Below are positions 53,085 through 60,887 of a stretch of DNA of 64,000 bases, in pieces. The notes beneath the pieces were generated by a model. It did not search any database, was not told the origin of the DNA, and saw only the letters and a program-made list of their open reading frames with translations. The stretch's first letter is position 1. Each line of letters opens with the position of its first letter. The stretch is from Pseudobdellovibrionaceae bacterium. GTDB taxonomy: Bacteria > Pseudomonadota > Alphaproteobacteria > Micavibrionales > Micavibrionaceae. Location of the stretch: positions 7,396-71,395 of the forward strand of contig JBAYVC010000009.1 of assembly GCA_041674725.1 (NCBI GenBank), in the 5' to 3' direction. The position numbers and the translations under genes are program-made.

Positions 53085-53915
53085 ATGAGTACAAGTATCT
53101 CCACTGCCTTTATCAAGCAGTTTGAACGTGAAGTGCATGAAACCTACCAGCGTCAAGGATCAAAACTGCGCGCGGCGGTGCGCACCATCGGCAATGTCAA
53201 AGGATCATCCGTTGTCTTCCAGAAAATCGGCAAAGGCACCGCATCGACCAAATCCACCCACGGGATGGTGCCAGTGATGAACCTCGCCCATTCCACAGCC
53301 GAATGTCTTTTGCAGGATTATTACGCGGGCGACTGGGTCGATAAACTTGATGAACTCAAAATCCAGCATGACGAGCGGCAAGTGATTGCCAGCGCCGGAG
53401 CCTATGCTTTGGGACGCAAAACCGACGAGCTGATTATCACGGCCCTTGCGGGCGCCACTACCTATACAGTGGCAGATGCCAATACGGGCCTGACCCGCGA
53501 TAAGGTTCTGGCCGCTTTTGAAAAACTGGGGCAGGCCGACGTACCGGATGACGGGCAGCGCTTTGCCGTAGTTGGCTGGAAGCAATGGTCGGAGCTTCTT
53601 AAAATTCAGGAATTTGCCTCGAGCGATTTTGTGGGGCCCGACCAACTTCCCTACAAAGGACTTCAAGCTAAAACATGGCTTGGCACAACATGGATTCCCC
53701 ATTCAGGATTGCCCATTGACGGGAGCGACATTCGTTCATGTTACTGGTTCCACAAAACCGCCGTGGGGCATGCCGCAGGGTCGGATGTGCAAACCGATAT
53801 TACATGGCACGGCGACCGTGCGTCATTTTTTGTCAATAATTTGATGAGCCAAGGCGCCTCACTCATTGATGCGGCGGGGGTTGTCACGCTCTATTGCGAC
53901 GAAACTCCCGACTAG
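53085..53915 (+). CDS. Major capsid protein
   Basis: It has a strong RBS. Its position in the cluster and the AFIKQFEREVHETYQRQGSKLRAAVR N-terminus fit small podoviral capsid proteins. Length is 276 aa. Confidence 0.6.
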   Translation: MSTSISTAFIKQFEREVHETYQRQGSKLRAAVRTIGNVKGSSVVFQKIGKGTASTKSTHGMVPVMNLAHSTAECLLQDYYAGDWVDKLDELKIQHDERQVIASAGAYALGRKTDELIITALAGATTYTVADANTGLTRDKVLAAFEKLGQADVPDDGQRFAVVGWKQWSELLKIQEFASSDFVGPDQLPYKGLQAKTWLGTTWIPHSGLPIDGSDIRSCYWFHKTAVGHAAGSDVQTDITWHGDRASFFVNNLMSQGASLIDAAGVVTLYCDETPD

Positions 53916-53948
53916 GAGTTATCCGACAATTTTTATCTTTCGGGCTGC

Positions 53949-54026
53949 AAACCCTGTCTTCTTGCGCTTCCGCTTTTTACGTACATCCCAGTACGCGCAA
54001 AGACGGTTCTCAGAAGACAGGGTTTT
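53949..54026 (+). terminator. Long stem-loop after the capsid gene (candidate partial terminator)
   Basis: AAACCCTGTCTTCT...AGAAGACAGGGTTT. The arms are 14 bp and enclose an inner CGTAC/GTACG hairpin. TTTCG follows. Confidence 0.45.
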
Positions 54027-54109
54027 CGCCACGAAATCTCTCAATTGTCAGATACTCCTTCTCACTTCATTTTTTCTTTTTTCCATTTTTTATTTTAGGA
54101 GTTTTTATT

Positions 54110-54352
54110 ATGGCTTTTGTTACAAAAGACCTCAGCGTTCTGGCCTATGCCAACAACTTCACCCTGTGGCATTACACCACCATCGACGCATCAGTGGTCA
54201 CCGCCGGATATTTCAATTCCGCCGCCAGTATGCTGCGGGTGAATGATCTGATTATTGTCAATCTCGATACGGATGGCACGCCGTCCACGGTGTTTTATGT
54301 GGTTACCGCCAACACCGGAACGGCCGTTACCCTTGCCGCTTTTACCGCGTGA
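54110..54352 (+). CDS. Small phage structural-module protein (80 aa)
   Basis: It has an AGGAG RBS 8 nt upstream and reads MAFVTKDLSVLAYANNFTLWHYTT.... It lies between the capsid and tail tubular genes. Confidence 0.55.
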   Translation: MAFVTKDLSVLAYANNFTLWHYTTIDASVVTAGYFNSAASMLRVNDLIIVNLDTDGTPSTVFYVVTANTGTAVTLAAFTA

Positions 54353-54419
54353 GCCCCCGCCTTTGACACGCGCGTAGGGGTGGTGCTGACCTTTACGTCA
54401 CACCGTCCGTATCGACCCA

Positions 54420-54477
54420 GGACGCCCCCTTCCCCTGCCGCTTCGGCCTTGGGGGCGTCCGCCCTTTTTATTTTTTA
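54420..54477 (+). terminator. Strong rho-independent terminator inside the structural operon
   Basis: GGACGCCCCC-(21 nt)-GGGGGCGTCC followed by GCCCTTTTTATTTTTT. Confidence 0.8.
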
Positions 54478-54489
54478 CAGGAGATTCTT

Positions 54490-55062
54490 ATGGCCCTTAC
54501 CGATATCGGTTTATGCAGCCGCGCCCTTGTCCAGATCGGTGCGCACCCCATCACATCCTTTACCGATGACACCGCGCAGTCGGAGATTGCGGCGCTCCTT
54601 TATGCGCCCGTGCGTGACTCCTTGCTCTCGGCGTACGCATGGAGTTTTGCCACGGGGCAGGTTAATATCCTGCCGCTCGCCAGCACGCCACTGGCTGATT
54701 ACCCCTATGCGTATGAACTCCCCCTTGATTGCCTGCGCGTGATTTCGGCTGGTGCCACGGGTTCCGGCAGCGGTCTTCCCAGCCGTCTTTACCGCGGGAC
54801 GCTACAATGCGCGGCTCCCGAAGGCATTACCCTTACCTATATCTTCCGCACCGATGAGGCCAGTTTTCCGCCCTATTTCGACATGGCTCTCATCACGCGC
54901 CTTGCCGCCGAGTTTTGCTTACCCCTCACCGAAAACACAGCGCGCGCCACATTTCTGGCAGGAGCTGCCGAGAAAGAATTCGCCCGCGCCCGCCAGATCG
55001 ATGCGCAGCAAGACAGTCCCAATCGCATTACCCGTTTCAGCCTGATTGACGCGCGGGAGTAG
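54490..55062 (+). CDS. Tail tubular protein A (T7 gp11-like adaptor)
   Basis: At 190 aa it is close to gp11 in size. The LCSRALVQIGAHPITSFTDDTAQSEIAALLYAPVRDSLLSAYAWSFA N-terminus matches the remembered gp11-family pattern. Confidence 0.6.
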   Translation: MALTDIGLCSRALVQIGAHPITSFTDDTAQSEIAALLYAPVRDSLLSAYAWSFATGQVNILPLASTPLADYPYAYELPLDCLRVISAGATGSGSGLPSRLYRGTLQCAAPEGITLTYIFRTDEASFPPYFDMALITRLAAEFCLPLTENTARATFLAGAAEKEFARARQIDAQQDSPNRITRFSLIDARE

Positions 55063-56967
55063 ATGATGAGCACAACAACCCTTATCAAAACAAATTTTAC
55101 GGCCGGTGAAGTATCGCCCGATCTTTTAGGGCGGGGCGACCTGCGTGCGTACGAGAATGGCGCTTTATCCCTGCGCAATGTCTTTATTCAGCCCACCGGC
55201 GGGGTCACGCGCCGCGCGGGGCTGCGCTATATCGACACTGCGCTTGGCGCGGGGCGTTTGATTGCGTTTGAGTTTAACACCGAGCAGACCTATCTGCTGG
55301 TTGTCACGCATTTGATGATTTCAGTCTATGCGCAGGGCATTTTAGAGACACAAATTGCCGCACCATGGGCCGAGGCCGATATTGCGCAGCTCGCCTGGAC
55401 ACAAAGCGCCGATACGCTTCTTCTCACTCATCCTGCTTATCCCGCCAAAAAGCTCCTGCGCGATGATGGCAGTATCTGGTCGATTGCCGATTGGGAGTAT
55501 TTTACAGCGGCGAGTGGTCGCCTCCAGCAGCCCATGTACAAGTTTGCACCTGCTGCGACAACCCTGACCCCCAGCGGCACGTCAGGCACCATCACGCTGA
55601 CGGCCTCCAGCAACGTATTTGACCCTCTTCACGCGGGCACGCGGCTGCGTCTTATCAATAAAGAAGTCCAGATTATATCCGTCCTTTCGCCCACGGTGGT
55701 GAGTGCCAGTGTCATTGAAACCCTCACCTCGGCAAGTACCACGGTGGATTGGGAAGAGCAGGCCTTTTCTCCCGTGCGCGGCTACCCCGTTACAGTGGTT
55801 TTTCACCAAGACCGCCTTGTGATCGGCGGGTCGCGCGACCTGCCCAACCGGATGTGGTTTTCGCAATCGGGCGATTTATTCAATTTTGATTTGGGCAGCG
55901 GGCTTGATTCCGAGAGCATCGAATTTGGTATTTTCTCGGATCAGGTCAATGCCATTCGCGGCGTATTTTCAGGGCGGCATTTGCAGGTTTTTACCAGCGG
56001 GGCCGAGTGGATGGTTACGGGCGATCCGCTCACCCCCGCCAATGTCCAGATCAAGCGCCAGACGCGGGTCGGGTCGGCTACAGCGCGCTATATCCCGCCG
56101 CTTGATGTCGATGGGGCAACACTTTTTGTTGCACGTAACGGGCAAGAGCTGCGCGAATTTATTTATACCGATGTCGAGCAGGCGTACCGCTCCACCGACC
56201 TTGCGCTGCTCTCGCACCATATGATCACCACGCCCGTGGATCAGGATTTCGACCAGAGGAAGCGCCTGCTTTACCTTGTGCGCGATAACGGGCAGTTTGC
56301 CACGCTTACCGTGTACCGCGCCGAAGCCGTGGCGGCGTGGACGCTGCACAGCACCGATGGCGACGCCCTCTCGGTCTGCGTGGTGGGAGATGAGGTGTAC
56401 GTCCTCATCCGCCGCGGCAGCGCTGTCTTTATCGAGCTGATTGACGATGGGCTTTATGTCGATGCGGCCCTCGCGGGAAGCAGCGCCACGCCCATCACCG
56501 TATGGGGCGGGCTTGACCATCTTGAGGGACAAAGTGTCACGCTGCTGGCCGATGGCGCAGTGGTGCCGTCCCAGATCGTCATAAGTGGGCAAATTACACT
56601 GACCGATGGCGCGCGCACTTTGCAGGCGGGATTGCCCTTCGCCCATATTATCGAGCCGCTGCCGCCTGCCATTACCGGCCCGATTGGCGGGGCCAGTGCC
56701 GTGCGCCTTGTTGCGCTGACCTTGCGTCTTAACGGTACCGCCGCCGTGCGCGCCGATCTGGGCCGCGGCCTTCAGCCCCTCCCGCTGCGACAGCTCGGGG
56801 AGGATGCTATTCTGGATGCGCCTGCGCCGTTGGTGTCGGGTGACATCCGCATCAAGGCTTTCGGGTGGGCGAGCGACCTTAGCCTACCCTTGTGGCGGAT
56901 CGAGCAAAGCGACCCGTTGCCTTTTACCCTGATCGCCGCCGTGATGCAGGTCACAGCGAACGGATAG
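55063..56967 (+). CDS. Tail tubular protein B (T7 gp12-like nozzle)
   Basis: It has the NFTAGEVSPDLLGRGDLRAYENGALSLRNVFIQPTGGVTRRAG N-terminal pattern. It is 634 aa and follows the gp11-like gene. Confidence 0.6.
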   Translation: MMSTTTLIKTNFTAGEVSPDLLGRGDLRAYENGALSLRNVFIQPTGGVTRRAGLRYIDTALGAGRLIAFEFNTEQTYLLVVTHLMISVYAQGILETQIAAPWAEADIAQLAWTQSADTLLLTHPAYPAKKLLRDDGSIWSIADWEYFTAASGRLQQPMYKFAPAATTLTPSGTSGTITLTASSNVFDPLHAGTRLRLINKEVQIISVLSPTVVSASVIETLTSASTTVDWEEQAFSPVRGYPVTVVFHQDRLVIGGSRDLPNRMWFSQSGDLFNFDLGSGLDSESIEFGIFSDQVNAIRGVFSGRHLQVFTSGAEWMVTGDPLTPANVQIKRQTRVGSATARYIPPLDVDGATLFVARNGQELREFIYTDVEQAYRSTDLALLSHHMITTPVDQDFDQRKRLLYLVRDNGQFATLTVYRAEAVAAWTLHSTDGDALSVCVVGDEVYVLIRRGSAVFIELIDDGLYVDAALAGSSATPITVWGGLDHLEGQSVTLLADGAVVPSQIVISGQITLTDGARTLQAGLPFAHIIEPLPPAITGPIGGASAVRLVALTLRLNGTAAVRADLGRGLQPLPLRQLGEDAILDAPAPLVSGDIRIKAFGWASDLSLPLWRIEQSDPLPFTLIAAVMQVTANG

Positions 56968-56996
56968 GGGTTTTTCACCACAGAAGGAAATTATGC

Positions 56997-57323
56997 ATGG
57001 GTGCTCGAACCTCAAAACTTGATACACTTGCGTATGTAGCATCAGGTCAACAACTCAAGAGAAAAAATATTCTCGTATCGGAAATTGAGCGGGAATATCT
57101 TCCCCCTCTTAAAATGGAAGAACCTAAAATACCAGGGACTAATATCCCTGATCGTGGCGTTCCTGAGGCGTATGTCCCGCCTGAACCTCCCGAGTGGCGT
57201 AAGAATAATATTATCGATCCAATGGAGATAATAGTACCTCCAGTTGATGAGGATATCATGTTACCGTATAGTAAAGACGATCCGAATCTCTTTATGCGGA
57301 CACGAAAAACACGGAGCCTGTAA
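56997..57323 (+). CDS. Hypothetical Pro-rich protein (108 aa), AT-rich insert
   Basis: It has an AAGGA RBS and reads MGARTSKLD...PPEPPEW.... It is visibly AT-richer than the neighbouring tail genes. Confidence 0.45.
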   Translation: MGARTSKLDTLAYVASGQQLKRKNILVSEIEREYLPPLKMEEPKIPGTNIPDRGVPEAYVPPEPPEWRKNNIIDPMEIIVPPVDEDIMLPYSKDDPNLFMRTRKTRSL

Positions 57324-57326
57324 GTT

Positions 57327-57821
57327 ATGCCGACTTTGAAGAAATATATCTTTTTATCTGTTTCTTTGTTGTTTTCTTTTTCAGCGGCCCTGCTTTTGCT
57401 GTGTATTTTTCCGGCACAGGCTTATGATATTCGTCTGCAGTTCGCCCATAATCCAGAGAAAATTTACGCCCACACCTGTGCGGATGATGAGGCGACATGC
57501 GCGGCCTATTTCAGCATTCCCTTTATGTGCGATACCCCCTCGCCCGATAAAAAATTCTGCCGCGGCACAATCGAGGCTGGCGTTATGGTAGAAGATGGCA
57601 CGATGAGCATTGGATTTTTATATGGAGAGGCTAAATTATCCACATCCCCCGTAGGGTGGCAACAATTTGACCAACCTCTGAGGTTTTTGAATGAAATTCC
57701 TCAACCTGTTGATTTATACATCCCCAATCCCATGAACGATGAAGGTTCAGGACTTAAAAAGTCGCTGGTTTTGCTGCCACCCAACGCCTTCCTGACCTCG
57801 GTGATTGTGTCGGTGAAGTAA
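57327..57821 (+). CDS. Hypothetical secreted Cys-containing protein (164 aa), AT-rich insert
   Basis: It has a signal peptide (LLLLCIFPAQA-YD) and several Cys residues. I recognise no family. Confidence 0.45.
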   Translation: MPTLKKYIFLSVSLLFSFSAALLLLCIFPAQAYDIRLQFAHNPEKIYAHTCADDEATCAAYFSIPFMCDTPSPDKKFCRGTIEAGVMVEDGTMSIGFLYGEAKLSTSPVGWQQFDQPLRFLNEIPQPVDLYIPNPMNDEGSGLKKSLVLLPPNAFLTSVIVSVK

Positions 57822-57851
57822 GACTTAAACCACCAGAAAATATCGAACTTT

Positions 57852-58008
57852 ACCATCATTGCGAGCACATGCGCCGCAATCCAGTTCTTATTCACCGCAG
57901 AGAGCACAGAGGTCACAGAGAAATTCACAGAGTTTTTCTCGTTCCGTCATTTTCTGAATTCCGCATGTCTGGATTGCTTCGTCGGCTGAGGCCTCCTCAC
58001 AATGACGG
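57852..58008. repeat. MITE-like element bounded by inverted hairpin repeats
   Basis: The left end is ATCATTGCG-AGCACATGCGC-CGCAATCCAG. The core is TTCACCGCAGAGAGCACAGAGGTCACAGAGAAATTCACAGAG. The right end, in inverted orientation, is CTGGATTGCTTCG...CACAATGACGG. Confidence 0.75.
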
Positions 58009-58053
58009 TATCCTCAAAAATTATACATTCAACACATAATAAGGAGATTATTT

Positions 58054-58515
58054 ATGGGTTCGTTTACTTCAGCGATCGCTCCGGTTTTGCAGGCTGGATC
58101 GGTGCTCACTACTGCGCTGCAATTTGCCAGTCCGCTGCTCAAAGCTTCAGGGTCAGCCAAAGCGGCTGATGCGCAGTACCAAAAAACAGCCGCCGATATT
58201 GCGCTTAAAAAGCAGCAAAACCTCCTCGATTATCAAACGCAGGAGGCCGCGCGGCAGCGCAAACTCCGCGCTGTACTCTCTACATCCCGCGCGGAAAGTG
58301 GGGCCGCAGGCCTTGATTCATCGGCGTCATCTGATGCCGTGCGCGAAAATATGGTGAGCCAGTCGGATATTGAGCGACAAAATAATGATGCAAATTATAG
58401 CTTGAACGAAGCAGCGCTTGACAATTCACTCTCTAGCGCGCGGCGGCAGAATTTACTCAGTAAACAAGAAGCCCGCCAAAACGGTTTGATCGATAGTTTT
58501 TCAAGTGTGTTTTAG
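58054..58515 (+). CDS. Small virion-internal-like protein (153 aa)
   Basis: It has a strong RBS (AAGGAG). It is Ala/Gln/Ser-rich and helical and sits between the tail tube and tailspike genes, where podoviruses encode internal virion proteins. Confidence 0.45.
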   Translation: MGSFTSAIAPVLQAGSVLTTALQFASPLLKASGSAKAADAQYQKTAADIALKKQQNLLDYQTQEAARQRKLRAVLSTSRAESGAAGLDSSASSDAVRENMVSQSDIERQNNDANYSLNEAALDNSLSSARRQNLLSKQEARQNGLIDSFSSVF

Positions 58516-58524
58516 GAGACTCCC

Positions 58525-60552
58525 ATGCCCGAGCATATTAAAATCGCTGATGTTCCGCCGCTTACGCGCATCCTCGCCGATGGCGCCACCACCATTTTTC
58601 CTTTTGCCTTTCCGGTGTTTGCCAGTGAAGATGTGCGCGTGTCATGTAACGGCGCGCCGCAATCATCCGGCTTTACGGTGGAGAATGCCGGATCAAGTTC
58701 CGGCGGTCAGGTAGTGTTTGACAGTGCGCCCGCAAACGGCATTATCGTGACGCTTGAGCGGCGCATGGCTTTTGAACGCCTCACCGACTTTGTCGAAGGC
58801 GGTGATTTTTCGGCCCAAGCTATCAATACCGAGCTTGATTATCTGGTCGCGGCCTTACAACAAGTCAGCCGTGACCAATTCCCCATGCTGCGTTTTAGCG
58901 ATGATGAAAATGCGCCCAGCACCACCGAAATTCCTTCGCGTACGGTGCGGGCAGGAAGAGCGCTCGGCTTTGACGGGGACGGCAACCCCGTGGCCGTGTC
59001 CCTTGCAGGGTCAATGGCAGCGCCCGATTTCACCGCCACCGGCACAGGGGGCATCACCCGCCCGAGCAACGATAAATTATCCGAGCAGGTGAGCGTCAAA
59101 GATTTCGGGGCGGTTGGGGATGGTCTCACCAATGATACACTCGCTTTTCAAAACGCTTTGGCGGCGCATAAATGTGTTTTTGTCCCGAGCGGCACTTATA
59201 TGATTACCGCCACACTTATGCTTGAAAATGGGCAGCGTATTTTCGGCGCGGGCGATTCAAGCGAAATTAAAACACTCTCCACCAGCCTAACCTTGATCCA
59301 TGTGCGGGGAAGTTATAACCAGATTTCCAATTTAAAACTTTTTGGCGGGGGCACGGGGCTGTTGTTTGAAGGGGCAAGCCAGCCGTGTGTGCAAAATGCC
59401 GTGTGCGATGTGTCCATCTGGCAGGCGCAGACGGGCATTACACTCGATGGCGGGACATCAACGTCCGCGCCTGTTTATTGGAATAATTTTGCGCGGGTAC
59501 TGGTAGCGCAGCCTTTTGTCAACGGCATTCACCTGATGCGATCCGGCACGGGTGACACGCCCAACGCCAACCGTTTTGCGCAGTGCCGTGTGTATTCCCT
59601 TGGCGCCACCACATCGGGCCACGGGATTTATATCGAAGAAGGGTCGTTCAATAATTCTTTTACCGACACGGAAGTGAATGTGAACGGCACCGCGCAAGCG
59701 TGCGTACGCGCAGGCGCAGGGTCAAACAAAACCTTGTTTGTCAATTTGTACACCGAGAGTTTTAATGCCGTGCCCAATGTGCGGCTTGATAGCGGATCGA
59801 TTGAAACGGCAATTTATAACCTGCTTTCAGCCAGTGACGGGGCCGCGATTTGGGATTTATCGGGCGGGCAATATAGCTCCTTTAATGCGGGGTACCCGCA
59901 CAAGAACCGCCTGCAAAAAACCACCTGCCTTGATATGACATCCACTTTGCAGCGGTTTGATACGGAGTATATTGATGCAAGCGGTAGCGTGACTTTGGAT
60001 ACCTCCCACTCCATTCATCTGGTATCTAGCTATGGCGGGGCGCTCACTGTCAATCTGCCCGCAGCCAGCAGTGCCAGCGGGTGCCTGATGGTCATAAAAA
60101 AAACCGATACATCAAAAAATATTATCACCGTGGCCGAAAGTGGCGGGGCGGGGCCTGACGGTACGTCCTACTCCCTTGGGGGCGAGAATGATTATGTTGC
60201 GATGATTTCAAACGGGGCGGAATGGTTTGTGATTTCGTCGAACCGCGCCCCGGGCAACACACGATATTATGATGGGTCGGGAATTTACGACATTGATATG
60301 GCGGTGGATGTGTATTTGCTTTCCTCCTTTGGCGGGTCGCTCACGGCGCGGCTGCCGCCTGCCAATGCCGCAAAAGCTGTGGGGCGCATGGTGACCCTTA
60401 AAAAAACCGATGTATCGGGTAACGCCATCACAATCAGCGTTCAAGGCGGCGCAGGGCCTGACCAGTATAACCAGACCCTCGCCAGCCAGTTTCAGGCGAT
60501 CACGCTCGTGTCAGACGGCGGGTCGTGGCATATCCTGTCCCGTTACCCGTAA
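58525..60552 (+). CDS. Tailspike / tail fibre with a pectate-lyase-type beta-helix and a tandemly duplicated C-terminal domain
   Basis: It has an N-terminal podoviral fibre-adaptor-like region. VSVKDFGAVGDGLTNDTLAFQNALAA...VFVPSGTYMI is the Pectate_lyase_3 hallmark. Two repeats of about 90 aa share SS.GG.LT..LP.A...G..V..KKTD.S.N.IT....GGAGPD......W.I.S. Confidence 0.75.
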   Translation: MPEHIKIADVPPLTRILADGATTIFPFAFPVFASEDVRVSCNGAPQSSGFTVENAGSSSGGQVVFDSAPANGIIVTLERRMAFERLTDFVEGGDFSAQAINTELDYLVAALQQVSRDQFPMLRFSDDENAPSTTEIPSRTVRAGRALGFDGDGNPVAVSLAGSMAAPDFTATGTGGITRPSNDKLSEQVSVKDFGAVGDGLTNDTLAFQNALAAHKCVFVPSGTYMITATLMLENGQRIFGAGDSSEIKTLSTSLTLIHVRGSYNQISNLKLFGGGTGLLFEGASQPCVQNAVCDVSIWQAQTGITLDGGTSTSAPVYWNNFARVLVAQPFVNGIHLMRSGTGDTPNANRFAQCRVYSLGATTSGHGIYIEEGSFNNSFTDTEVNVNGTAQACVRAGAGSNKTLFVNLYTESFNAVPNVRLDSGSIETAIYNLLSASDGAAIWDLSGGQYSSFNAGYPHKNRLQKTTCLDMTSTLQRFDTEYIDASGSVTLDTSHSIHLVSSYGGALTVNLPAASSASGCLMVIKKTDTSKNIITVAESGGAGPDGTSYSLGGENDYVAMISNGAEWFVISSNRAPGNTRYYDGSGIYDIDMAVDVYLLSSFGGSLTARLPPANAAKAVGRMVTLKKTDVSGNAITISVQGGAGPDQYNQTLASQFQAITLVSDGGSWHILSRYP

Positions 60553-60581
60553 TTTTCAATTCCCAACATTCCGGAGTTTTT

Positions 60582-60887
60582 ATGACCTCATCATCCCCGC
60601 TCTTGAGTGCGCAGGTGCGCGCGCAAATTGCCGCGTTTTTGCCCCGCGCGCTGGCAAAGGCCGTAGAGTCTTACCGCGCCCATATGGATAAAAGCATCGA
60701 AGACAAAAAATTTTCCGAACATCACAAGGACGCCAAGGTTGCCATCGGCCATATCGAACTGCTTATAAAACTGGCCAAGTGGGCTGAACTTCCTACAGGA
60801 GCGGCATCCCAAGGCCCCGCGCTGGAGATGCTGCTTTTCGAGGCGCAAAAAGAACTTGAACAGGCTGGCGAGGAGGAGGATTCATGA
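60582..60887 (+). CDS. Small protein upstream of TerL (possible small terminase subunit)
   Basis: It has a GGAG RBS, encodes a 101-aa helical protein, and its stop overlaps the TerL start (ATGA). The function is inferred from position only. Confidence 0.4.
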   Translation: MTSSSPLLSAQVRAQIAAFLPRALAKAVESYRAHMDKSIEDKKFSEHHKDAKVAIGHIELLIKLAKWAELPTGAASQGPALEMLLFEAQKELEQAGEEEDS

